From NCBI RefSeq assembly GCF_036588685.1, contig NC_086373.1, positions 42,904,001 to 42,968,000 on the forward strand: a DNA stretch of 64,000 nt, read 5' to 3'. The first letter of the stretch is position 1, and each line of letters opens with the position of its first letter. This DNA comes from Mytilus trossulus (taxonomy: Eukaryota). Below the pieces are notes generated by a model that saw only the letters and a program-made list of their open reading frames with translations, had not been told where the DNA came from and did not search any database. This document shows, one piece after another, positions 51,725 to 63,600 of the stretch. The position numbers and the translations under genes were made by a program.

Positions 51725-53997
51725 TTTTAGCTCACCTGGCCTTCGGGCCAGGTGAGCTTTTCTCATCACTTGGTGTCCGTCGTCCGTCGTCGTTAACTTT
51801 TACAAAAATCTTCTTCTCTGAAACTACTGGGCCAAATTAATCAAAACTTGGCCACAATCATCATTGGGGTATCTAGTTTAAAAAATGTGTGGCGTGACCC
51901 GGCAAACAAACCAAGATGGCCGCCATGACTAAAAATAGAACATAGGGGTAAAATGCAGTTTTTGGCTTATAACTCAAAAACCAAAGCATTTAGAGCAAAT
52001 CTGACATGGGGTAAAAAATTTTATCAGGTCAAGATCTATCTGCCCTGAAATTTTCAGATGAATCGGACAACCCGTTGTTGGGTTGCTGCCACTGAATTGG
52101 TAATTTTAGGGAAATTTTGCTGTTTTTGGTTATTATCTTGAATATTATTATAGATAGAGGTAAACTGTAAACATCAATAATGTTAAGCAAAGTAAGATTT
52201 ACAAATAAGTCAACATGACCAAAATGGTCAGTTGACCCCTTTAGGAGTTATTGCCCTTTTAAGTCAATTTTCAACCATTTTTCATAAATTTTATACATCT
52301 TTTACAAAAATCTTCTCCTCTGAAACTGCTGGGCCAAATTAAACCAAACTTGGCCATAATCATCATTGGGGTATCTAGTTTATAAAATGTATGGCGTGAC
52401 CCACCAAACAAACCAAGATGGCCACCATGGCTAAAAATAGAACATAGGGATAAAACACAGTTTTTTACCTATAACTAAAAAACCAAAGCATTCAGAGCAA
52501 ATCTGACATGAAGTAAAATTGTTTATAAGGTCAAGATCTATCTGCCCTGAAATTTTCAGATGAATCGGACAACCCTTTGTTGGGTTGCTGTTCCTGAATT
52601 GGTAATTTTAAGGAAATTTTGCTGTTTTTGGTTATTTTCTTCAATATTATTATAGATAGAGATAAACTGTAAACAGCAATAATGTTCAGCAAAGTTAGAT
52701 TTACAAATAAGTCAACATGACCAAATGGTCAGTTGACCGCTTTGAAGTTATTGCCCTTTTAAGTCAATTTTTAACCATTTTTCGTAAATTTAATATATCT
52801 TTTACAAAATTCTTCTTCTCTGAAACTGCAGCGCCAAATTAATCAAAAGTTTGCTACAATCATCTTTGGGGTGTCTAGTTTAAAAAATGTGTGGCGTGAC
52901 CCCCAGACCAACAAGATGGCCGCCATGGCTAAAAATAGAACATAGAGGTTAAACGCAGTTTTTGGCTTATAACTCAAAAACCAAAGCATTTAGAGCAAAT
53001 CTGACATGGGGTAAAATTGTTTATCAGGTCAAGATCTATCTGCCCTGAAATTTTCAGATGAATAGGACAACCCGTTGTTGGGTTGCTGCCACTGAATTGG
53101 TAATTTTAGGAAAATTTTGCTGTTTTTGGTTATTACTATAGATAGAGGTATACTGTAAACAGCAATAATGTTCAGCAAAGTTAGATTTACAAATAAGTCA
53201 ACATGACCAAATGGTCAGTTGACCCCTTTAGGAGTTATTGCCCTTTTAAGTCAATTTTCAACCATTTTTCATAAATTTTATACATCTTTTACAAAAATCT
53301 TCTCCTCTGAAACTGCTGGGCCAAATTAAACCAAACTTGGCCATAATCATCATTGGGGTATCTAGCTTATAAAATGTATGGCGTGACCCACCAAACAAAC
53401 CAAGATGACCGCCATGGCTAAAAATAGAACATAGAGGTTAAACGCAGTTTTTGGCTTATAACTCCAAAACCAAAGCATTTAGAGCAAATCTGACACGGGA
53501 TAAACTTGTTTTTCAGGTCAAGATTCATCTGCCCTGAAATTTTCAGATGAATCGGACAACCCTTTGTTGGGTTGCAGTTCCTGAATTGGTAATTTTAAGG
53601 AAATTTTGCTGTTTTTGGTTATTATCTTGAATATTATTATAGATAGAGATAAACTGTAAAGAGCAATAATGTTCAGCAAAGTAAGATTTACAAATAAGTC
53701 AACATGACCAAAATGGTCAATTGACCCCCTAAGGAGTTATTGTCTTTTATAGTCAATTTTAAACAATTTTCATAAAATTTGTAAATTTTTACTACTGGTA
53801 ACATTTTCCACAGAAACTACTGGGCCAAGTTCATGATAGATAGTGATAATTGTAAGCAGCAAGAATGTTCAGTAAAGTTAGATGTACAAACATATCACCA
53901 TCACCAAAACACAATTTTGTCATGAATCCATCTGCTTCCTTTGTTTAATATTCACATAGACCAAGGTGAGCGACACAGGCTATTTAGAGCCTCTAGT
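51725..53997 (+). mobile_element. Helentron-associated non-autonomous element (HINE/DINE-like) with about 4 copies of a ~500-bp internal tandem repeat
   Basis: 5' hairpin AGCTCACCTGGCC-TTCG-GGCCAGGTGAGCT, then a GTC/GTCC microsatellite. Repeat units start near 51799, 52301, 52802 and 53288. The 3' end has AGGTGAGCG plus the stem-loop AGGCT..AGCCT, in a T-rich target. Confidence 0.8.
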
Positions 53998-54297
53998 TGT
54001 TTTTTTGCCATGACATTTTCTAAATTTATGAGTTTGAATATACCTTTGTTAGCCTATAACTCGCTTTTCTGTTTAAAGTAAAGATATCAACAAAAGTCAT
54101 GCAATTTGGTATGACTATTTCTGTATTCTTACTAAACCTTTTCCAACAGAAAAATGTGGGTATGTTCAGTTTACTATTTTTGTGTTTGATGCTGATAAAC
54201 GTGTTATGTATTAGTATCATTTGATATTGAGTGCACCTTGTATTCGAGACAAACAGCTGTGCCAAATATTTGATAGAAAACATTTGTATAAGTATAG

Positions 54298-54902
54298 ATT
54301 ATCACATATTTGTTATGAATATCGTAGGTTTTGCATATGCAATAACCTCCAAATTGCCCGGGGCAAAAAAGACATATCCATATTGTGCCCTGTTCCTAAA
54401 GACGTGACGTCATTGCATCCTCAACAACACGTTTGTGATTATTTGCATAAGATTTTACCTTTTATGTATCATAAAATTGTTATAATTTACGTTTTTTCTC
54501 TTTTCTGCAGAACTTAAATATGTGATAAAAAGATTATAACATGCCCTTTTCCATATTGGCCCGGGTATCATCCCGAGACTCCCATATCGGCATCGAGGCT
54601 TTAGCCGAGGGCCGATATGGGTCGAGGGATGATACCCGGGCCAATATGGAAAAGACATTTTATAATCTTTTTATCACATATTTAAGTTCTGCAGAAAAGA
54701 GAAAAAAACGTAAATTATATCAATTTTATGATACATAAAAGGTAAAATATTAAGCAAATTATAACAAACGTGTTGTTAAGGATGCAATGACGTCACATCA
54801 TTAGGAACAGGGCACAATATGGATATGTCTTTTTTGCCCCGGGCAATTTTGAGGTTATTGCATATGCAAAACCTAATGTATTCATAACAAATATGTGATA
54901 AT
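54298..54902. repeat. ~605-bp near-perfect palindrome (foldback element)
   Basis: Arms ATTATCACATATTTGTTATGAATA... and ...TATTCATAACAAATATGTGATAAT, with a short spacer centred near 54600. Confidence 0.9.
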
Positions 54903-55310
54903 AAGTAAATATAAACATGTTTACCAGAATTATGGAATAATAGAAAAATAAAACCAATAATCAGTTCATTTTTTTATTTCTCTGTTCCTCTTATTCTTAC
55001 ATCTAGTAGTTTGATATCCATTTTAAAAACACAATAACATCATACTAAATTACAATGCATTATAAATATTTTTTAGTTATAAACATGTAGCAAATGCGCT
55101 AACATATTTTGGCGCTTAAAACTTAGTTTACTTTTTTTTTTAAACTCGACAATAACTTTAATTCAAAAGATGAGCTATGTCCAGTTCTATTGTCCAGCGT
55201 TCATAAATATGATGATTAAAGAAAAAAAATGAACAAGACAAAAAAGATTCATGTAAAAAGCTAAAAGAAAAAATGAAAGAAATCGGGGGTAAAAATCAAT
55301 CTAACACAAG

Positions 55311-58300
55311 TTACATTGGATCTGGTATAACTTCGTTTACTTCATTTGTAAACTTCTGGTCTCCCAGGTAAATATTGTCCTCACATTGTCTGAATTTTCT
55401 TGTTTCTCTCCAGACACACTCTTCGCCATTATGAAAACATATACCATCGTCATGGTAACAATCAAACATAATTCCAAATTCCCACTCGCACGTGTTGTTG
55501 CTGTCCAGTTGTCCACACTGTCCTTCCCGGCAGAAAGAAAACTATTAAAACATAAACTGGTCAATTAAAAGATGAACATACAAAAAATATATGAATAAAT
55601 TTTAATGTCCATTCAATAAATTGCCAATCAAATTCAGCAAAAAAGTGATGATACGAGCTCTGTTTAATTTCCTTAAAAATAATTTATTAATAGTAAAACA
55701 CACTGATGTTTCTGTTTTGTTTTAAAACCAATTAAATTTGTAAGATTTGAAGTGTATAAAGTGTTCGTTTTATTTAGCCTTTTCTGGATGCCTTTAGTAA
55801 GGAAATATATTTATTATTGCCAGGAGATATGGTTTACGCCATTGCCAGGTAGTTAGCAACATAGATATAGGAAGATGTGGTATAACTGCCAAGAAAACAA
55901 CTCTCCATCTAATAATTTATAAAAGTAAACCATTACATGCACGGCCTTCAACACCGAGCTTTGGCTCACACCGAACAGCAAACTATAAAGGACCAAAAAA
56001 ATACCCTTGACGGACGACAATTACATGAAGTTCTTAAAGCTATGTCGCTGGGCTACCAAATTTCGCAGATACATTTTAAACATCATTTTCCAATGATTAA
56101 ATTCGAAATAAATCAAGTTTAAAAATTGTCTTAAATTTTGTCATATTGGTGCCTTCCATTTTGAAGGCTGGAAGCTGACCAGCTATTCCCTGTTTTTCAT
56201 TGGATACTGACTGTAGTTCTAGAGTTTGATTGCTAATGGTAATATATTTTACAGTACTGACAAAAATATATGAATGTGAGGACCAGACCGAAAATTTGTC
56301 ATGAATTTTACAGACAATATAGACTTGCATTGTACATTTGAACCTCAGCCTCTTTGGACTACCTTGATCAATAGAGACTTACCTCACACTGACATCCAGA
56401 TTCATATTTAAATCTAAGACCATTTTTCTGTGCCTTTGTCAGATTGTGATATGGTTTTACCCATTCACAGATAGATGTGTATAGATTATCGTCCATTATA
56501 GTTCCTGTGGGAAATAAATAAAGAAAGAATAACCAACGATGCTCTTATAGTATTTCAATATTTTGAGATATAATAAAAAAAAAAAAAACATTTAACATGA
56601 CAATCAAAATGCAAAAATGTAACACGTTTTCTGCTGCAGTTCTAAAACAAGGTGTAAAATTTTAAATTATTATGGAAATTTCCAATAGATTACAGTTGGA
56701 TTGCATAAATATCCTACAAATATTTTTCCTGTAGCAGGGACAGGCTAAACAAATAACAACACCCCAGACACAAATCTTGAAGAATCACTTGCCTGTTATG
56801 ACGTAGTTTACATCCATTTCTAACTCTCCAACCCCGCTACCAGATGTTGAAGAAATGATCATTGTCTTAGTTGCATTTTCATACTCTGGTCCTGCCTAAA
56901 AGTTGAAAATAGTTCGATAAAGGCAAACGTGACATGTATATTAACATATATCGTTACTGATTTGCAAGGTAGAGGCTGGCTATATATTCGAAACACGCAG
57001 GCCGATATTAGTTACACTAAATAGAATCATATTCAAAACAGTGTGGTCCTGGCCATTGATTGACGACCTAAATTATCCCATTGACTGTGACAGATTAGGT
57101 GAACGTTTGTCTGTAACGACCATTGCTCTCTTCTTACTTATTATAGAATTTAAACTGTGGGGTCACCAAAGGTTCTTAACGCCTTTAATAATAAAATAAT
57201 TCGAAAAATTATTCAGGAATAACCTTTATGTTTTGATTTATATTATTGATATAAATCAACACATCGTATTATTCCGGATTCGTTTTTCGAATTGATTTAT
57301 TAAGGTGTTGAGAACCTTTGGTGACCCCACAGATTCAGTGTCTTTAAAAAGTACATAGTGAGCAGTGATTGTTACCGACAAACGTTCACCTAATCTGTCC
57401 CAGTCAATGGGAGAATTAGGTCGTCAATCAATGGCCAGGACCACACTGTTTTGAATATGATTCTATCATACATCATAACAGGCAATGTTGGTCCTCAATG
57501 CTCTTTAACTTCGTACTTTATATGGATTTTTTTATCTTTTTTAAATTCGAGCGTCACTGATGAGTCTTTTGTGGACAAAACGCGCGTCTGGCGTAAATAC
57601 AAAATTTATCCTGGTATCTATAATGAGTGTATTTACATTTTGTAATGTTCTAAACCTCTTTTGCAGGTTCTCGTTTTTCAAGAAGGGAATAAAATGGGAA
57701 GAAATTGTTCATTTGCCAATATTTCTATATTTGACCATATTTGTCTGTATTCAATGAGAAGTCTCATTAGATAAAACTTATAACTTTCTATCTTGATATC
57801 TTCGACAATTGAAATCAAAGTACGGTATGAAGCCCCTTTAACATCATTACGACTTCTAGAACAGACATGTTTATATTTAAACTGGTGAAAACTCATGACA
57901 CAAATCAAGGTATTGTACTTTACTTTTGTGTGCCTGCTAGGGACCCCCAAAGGTATAGCTATTTTAAAAACAATAAAGTATAAAAAATTAAATAGACATA
58001 AGGAACCATACATAGAATACAAAAACATAATTACGATTATCTTATCCTGCGTTTGCTGGCACCTCAGTTTCGTAGTTATTTGTAAATTTATCAACAGGGA
58101 ATTTGGAACAAATAATTTGTTATTACGAATCAGGTCTTACCTTGAAAACCTTTTTGATGTTCACAATATAATGAACCGCCATAGGGAAGCCCTCTTTACT
58201 ATAGATAACATCTTTGTCCAAGATTCCGGCCAAAACGACTGTTTAAAAAGAACATGAAGAATTGAACAAATAATTTAAAAGGTTACAGGAAAATGTACCA

Positions 58301-59922
58301 CTTACGCATTAAACGTAACCCTCTTAGCTGTTTCAGCGTTGACATATATTAAGATGTAAGCTAATGTATATTCGCATAGTAGTTGAGCAGATTGAATTAA
58401 AAGACTAGTGTAAATGATAACGGCTAGTGTAAATGATGCCTTTATTGACCATTGTAAACTATAAGGGCTGGTGTAAATGATGCCTTCAAGTCTAGTGTTA
58501 ATGAGAAAGACTTGTGTAAAGAATGTCTTTAAAGACTAGTGTAAACAATAATAGCTAGTGGAAATGATACCTTCAAAGTCTAGTGTAAACGATAACGACT
58601 AGTGTAAACGATAACGGCTTGTGTAAATGACCCCTTTCTAAGGCTAGTGTAACCGATAACGGCTAGTGTATTAAAATGGTACCTTCAAAGACTGGCATAA
58701 ACGATAACGGCTAGTGTATACATACACTAGTGAAAATGGCAAAGGCTAGTTTTATATTATGCCTTTAAAGATTTACGACTAGTGTAAACGAGGCATTTTT
58801 GTATCTCACAGTTTCAAGTTTTCTTAAAGACACTCATCATAGTAAGAAACCAATGCTCTCTTAGTCATGATGTTATTAATATACAAAAGTGTCGCTTAGA
58901 CATGCTTTATCGTCAAACAATGAATCCACCACTTCCTATATAAACAAGTGTCTTCCGTCTAATTGTTCGAATGACTTAATCCAATTCAAACAAGTGTGAG
59001 GAGTTTAACGAGAATTTGAAGTATGCCTATGTTTGTTTTTATGAAGTCTTAAACTCGTACGATAAGTTCAAGTATGTATGTTTTTAAATAATCTTACGCA
59101 CAAAAAAAACTCAAAAAAAAATGTAGAAACCTTATTTGACGCTTGTCGGTATGCCACTTTTACATTGCTACAGCTATAAAGCAACCAACAATAACTAGAA
59201 TAGCAAATGTACGTCATTTTCAAAATTGCTTGTAGTAGAAACAACAAATCTGTAGCATTACTACATGTGTACCAGAAATTGATAAAATATAAATTGTTTA
59301 AACTTTCACTCAACATACAAAAAGGTTTAATCTGTAACCAAGTTTACTGAAACACTCTCCCTTCCTTTTTTTTTTATTGTTGATAAATATGTTTATCAAA
59401 CTACATAAAAAAGAGTTTTAATCAAATACAACAATTTTTCGAATTAAAATTGCAAAGCCACACTTTTTTGACAAATTTAAGCAAAATTGTGATTTTATAA
59501 CAAAATTTGTTTGACATATGTTCCTACGTTGTGATGGTGTAGTATCATATTCAAAAGTAAAATAACTAAACGTCCAAGATATTGAAGAAAGACTTTTTTA
59601 AACTATAGCATTATTCATACAATATAACACGAACTAAAGCACAACAACCACAACTGCACAACCCCCTCCGACAAGAAAACTTGCGCACAAAAAATGTACA
59701 AACAATGACAAAACAACAACAAACAACGCATGATCTTATACATGTAGCTTGATTTGATACAGACACAAATTGTGTTAAACTTTATAACTTAATATATGGC
59801 ATTGTCTTACCAAAGTCCGATTCACAATACTGTTGTTGTGGATGGCGGAGTTCACACATACAATCTCCATACTGAACAGCATGAAAAAGCAAAGCTGCCA
59901 CCAAAATGTTTACAGCTGCCAT
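55311..59922 (-). CDS. TIMP: Tissue inhibitor of metalloproteinases (TIMP)-family protein, 221 aa, atypical
   Basis: Exons 59811-59922, 58141-58238, 56793-56895, 56383-56504 and 55311-55541 (666 nt). Signal peptide followed by the TIMP signature CMCELRHPQQQYCESDFVV, then Y.V.IKKVFK, NYVITG, SICEWVKPYHNLTKAQKNGLRFKYESGCQC and a Cys-rich C-domain ending ECVW. Intron 3 has a GC donor. Confidence 0.92.
57022..57465. mobile_element. Second copy of the 10691-11135 MITE, opposite orientation, in TIMP intron 2
   Basis: Near-identical reverse complement of 10691-11135. Confidence 0.85.
57551..57594 (+). ncRNA. Hammerhead ribozyme copy with G12A change (probably inactive)
   Basis: GCGTCA-CTGATGA-GTC(TTTTGTG)GAC-AAAA-CGCGCG-TC-TGGCGT. 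Confidence 0.6.
58400..58790. repeat. Degenerate minisatellite with core CTAGTGTAAA(T/C)GA in TIMP intron 1
   Basis: More than a dozen copies of the core spaced roughly 20-35 bp apart. Confidence 0.8.
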
Positions 59923-61219
59923 TTTCTGTGAAATTGAAAAAAAGAATACATTTTCCATAATGTATAACTGGAAATAAACTAGGAATGTAAAAATGATGTA
60001 AGTGGACTACAGCAAATTGTGTCATTTTGTGTTTTAAAAAAAAAATTCTGTCCGAAATGCTGTTTGAATATGTAAAATTGGTCGCTGACTTACAAACTTA
60101 AAACAATCGCCCCATTTAACAAAACTAATAACATTTGAAAAATCGTTTTCATCCGATGATATCATTCATAAAAAAAATATATTAAAAAAATATATACAAG
60201 AACAGAACAAGAAAGGACATTTATAAAGTGTTACATTCTATCCATTTTTCATCAGCCTATGTTAAATCTAAAAAAATACAATTTCAATAATAATACACTG
60301 ACCTTATTTCAGATGTGATGAACAATATACATGTGATTCGATGATGAAGATATGAATTATTTAATATACAAATAATAATGAGTTTCGGATGATGTAGGTG
60401 AGAGCCTTCTTCCGTTCTCATTGGTATTGATGTCAGGAGTGTTGACAAATACTCAAGACTCAATCATGTGTAATCATCTCCTTATATTTGACTGTGCCTA
60501 AAAATAAGAAATATAAGTGGGAGGCCTATGTTTTTCTCATTTCTATTCCAAATACACAATAAATTTATATAAGATAATGTAAGAGTACACTTGAGGATAT
60601 TGTACTTTAAGTTATATTTTACACAGACACCTTCTTTTTTTTTAAATACACACCCAAAGCAACACGTACGTAATTTGTACGTAACAATGAACACCTACAT
60701 TGACGCCCATCCTGCAATGTTTTCATAAGAAACTCGTCGTAGTTGTCAACCATTCTTCTCCGTTTCATAAGTCTCACTGTGTCTAAACCACACCGGCAAA
60801 ATTTGTTCGGACTCGATGGTATCTAACATCCGGCACAATGACGGAACATTAATAGACAGAAGAAAGCTAGGTATCTCTTTATTTTATTATTTTTTTTATG
60901 ATATCGAAGAATATATATACATATACAACTATTTACTATTGTTATATGCAACATTTTCTACAACTGTTCTATATTAACGAAGAAATAAGTAAAAATGCAT
61001 GTCAAAATGACGAATTGAGTGAACCTTGCCTCGAAATTGTTTAATTTCTGATTTGGAACTTCCGGTGCAATGGCGGCGCCCACGTTTTTTAACATGCTAG
61101 AGCAAATTTAATTTAATTGTGGCCTGAAACCCTCAATATAAAGCTACAAAGTAACAGAATTCAACAAAACAAAAGTATGAATATAGAAATTTAACAAAAA
61201 TTTAAATTGAACGTTTAAA

Positions 61220-63241
61220 ATGCCATCAATTGGAAAAGACAGCCCTAACCCCCATACCACGACGGACACGAGGTCAAAAACAGGGGCAACAACAATTAAA
61301 CACACAATAGGATCAAATCAAGCAACATTTGAACTAAAAAATGAGAATATTTATCTATGGAGACGAGCCCTTTTAATTCGTTACTTCAAAATTCTTGGAA
61401 GTCATGAAAAAGCAAAAGTTGAATGGAATGACTTTGACCAGAAATCGAAACTGATAGAAATTGCTGATGATAAACATGCATTTACAAATAAAATCCCAAA
61501 GAAAGAATTATTCAAATCAGCAGTGTCGATTACATTGGATAAACAGAAACTCTTTGTGATTACTATTTACTATACAACCAAAAAAGCCACTATCCAGGGT
61601 CAGGGGACAAGTGAATGGTTACAATCTGAATTTAAAGTCATAAATGAAACAATCAATAAAATTAAAGAGATTAAACAGAAAGGGAACCTCCCTTGTGATG
61701 TAGATAAAATTTTTAGTGAATTAAAGTTTAAGAAGAATGAACTAATTGATATAGAATCTCCAGAAGACCTGGAACCAATAGCTGAACATGTACATGTACA
61801 GGCAGATAAAGTTATAGTTGATATTGAAAAGATACATGTACCTTCAGAAAATGAAACACAAAACGAAACATTCAAACCGAATACATCTGTCCTAAACAAC
61901 CAAGAGGGATATGATCAAGCTAAGATGAAGATTCTTGAATCTGAACTTGAAAAGATTAGGTCCGAACAAACTCGCCACAAAGAGGAGATAACTCAAATGA
62001 AAACAACAATACATGACCTAGAAATTGAACTTGTGAAAAAAGACACTGAATTACAAGCAGTACAAAATCTATGTACTAACTTGCAAACTAATTTAAACAA
62101 GATAGAACATTTGAATGAACAAATTGACAAAGAAAAATCATTGAAAATAAAAAAGAATGAGGATAGATTGAAAGAAATGGCAAATGAAAGAAATCAAGAA
62201 ATCCAACGAGTTGTCAAAATGGAACAAAACATAAAAGAATTGCAACATACAATTGAAAAAGAAGCAGAAAAACGCGTAGAGGACCAAACCTACCATGCAG
62301 AGACGAAAACCAAGGATACAAAACTACATGTAGAAAGTGCCGAAGAAGATAATCACATACAAACCGAAAGAATATCTGAAAAGAAAAACAGTGAGAAAAA
62401 TGAGCCCGACAGAAGCAATAATAATATAAAATCTTATGCTGGTGTGAGAAATCCAACTTTAAGGAAGGAAAACAGCCACCACAGGGATACCTATGATTTA
62501 TTGATAATAGGCTCTTCGATTATCAAAGACATTGACGGCAAAAGATTGTACAAAAATAGAAAAGTTAAAGTTACCACTCTACACGACAAAACAGTGTTTG
62601 GAGCAATTCAGTATATCAAATCGTTTAGAGATAAAGCAAAACATATAATGTTCCAAATAGGCTCCAATGATATAGAACAGAAAACACCAGACGAGGTTAT
62701 CGAAGAAGTAGAAGAACTAGTCAGAGTGACACAAAGATATAACCCAGATGCAACAATCACTTTTGGTGAAATACTGCCACGTTTTTTGAGTGACAGATAT
62801 TATGCTAAGTTTTTCAATGAACACCGCCTTATTTTTAATGTTCAATTGTATGAATTATGTAAAGATTTAGATTTACATTTTGTAAGGTATGATTTCATTC
62901 AGCCTGATTATTTTGTAGATGGAATACATATTAAAGGTCATGGCATTCCAATTATGGTTATGTCCATTAAAAGAGTACTCAATACACTACTAAATGTAAA
63001 GTTATGGGAAAACAATGAAAATAACACAAAAACAAATCATGTAAGAAACAATGGTATACCTAATTATCAAATGCCAAATTCAATAACAAACAGAAAGCAG
63101 AGAGATCATCAAGCTTTTGAGCAGAAATCTCATTTTAATAACCCTATACATGTAGGGAGTGAAAGTGCTATGAATGGCAGAAATAAAATTGTAAATATGA
63201 TGGAGCTCATGTTACAGGAAATGAGAACGGGTCAGTGGTAA
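61220..63241 (+). CDS. Intronless 673-aa coiled-coil + SGNH/GDSL-like protein, probably a CR1/L2-type LINE ORF1 or derivative
   Basis: Long E/K-rich heptad region, then SGNH-like blocks LLIIGSSII, FQIGSNDI and FVDGIH. This layout is typical of esterase-bearing LINE ORF1. No ORF2 is visible before the window ends. Confidence 0.65.
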   Translation: MPSIGKDSPNPHTTTDTRSKTGATTIKHTIGSNQATFELKNENIYLWRRALLIRYFKILGSHEKAKVEWNDFDQKSKLIEIADDKHAFTNKIPKKELFKSAVSITLDKQKLFVITIYYTTKKATIQGQGTSEWLQSEFKVINETINKIKEIKQKGNLPCDVDKIFSELKFKKNELIDIESPEDLEPIAEHVHVQADKVIVDIEKIHVPSENETQNETFKPNTSVLNNQEGYDQAKMKILESELEKIRSEQTRHKEEITQMKTTIHDLEIELVKKDTELQAVQNLCTNLQTNLNKIEHLNEQIDKEKSLKIKKNEDRLKEMANERNQEIQRVVKMEQNIKELQHTIEKEAEKRVEDQTYHAETKTKDTKLHVESAEEDNHIQTERISEKKNSEKNEPDRSNNNIKSYAGVRNPTLRKENSHHRDTYDLLIIGSSIIKDIDGKRLYKNRKVKVTTLHDKTVFGAIQYIKSFRDKAKHIMFQIGSNDIEQKTPDEVIEEVEELVRVTQRYNPDATITFGEILPRFLSDRYYAKFFNEHRLIFNVQLYELCKDLDLHFVRYDFIQPDYFVDGIHIKGHGIPIMVMSIKRVLNTLLNVKLWENNENNTKTNHVRNNGIPNYQMPNSITNRKQRDHQAFEQKSHFNNPIHVGSESAMNGRNKIVNMMELMLQEMRTGQW

Positions 63242-63254
63242 TATGTCTGAATGT

Positions 63255-63600
63255 TTAGAAGAAAAATCTAGTCTATTGATATATAACCGGTATATGTTTA
63301 CCGCCATATGTACTTTTCATATGTTTTGATTACAAACTGATTTTTTTATGTCAGTGATAAATATGTATAAATAATTAGAAGAAAAATGTATAGTTTATTG
63401 ATATATTGCTTACCGGTATATGTTTACCGCCATATGTACTTTTCATATGTTCTGATTACAAACTGATTTTTTATGTCAATGGAAAATATGTATGAATCAT
63501 TAGAAGAAAAATGTATAGTTTATTGATATATTGCTTACTGGTATATGTTTACCGCCTTATGGAATTTTCATATGTCCTGTTACAAACTGATTTTCTATAT
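63255..63600. repeat. Three tandem ~120-bp repeats immediately 3' of the 673-aa ORF
   Basis: TTAGAAGAAAAA...GGTATATGTTTACCGCC...TTTTCATATG...TTACAAACTGATTTT occurs three times. Confidence 0.85.

Noticed and set aside
51799-53800. Regular repeats as a possible CRISPR-like array (also 58400-58790)
   Set aside because: No unique spacers and no cas genes. They are eukaryotic tandem repeats.
58306-58350. Possible extra TIMP exon ending at a GTAAG donor
   Set aside because: No clear acceptor, and the TIMP alignment is complete without it.
60303-60420. Candidate non-coding first exon of TIMP (AAG|GTCAGT donor at 60303)
   Set aside because: Plausible, since an acceptor precedes the ATG, but it cannot be located reliably without transcripts.
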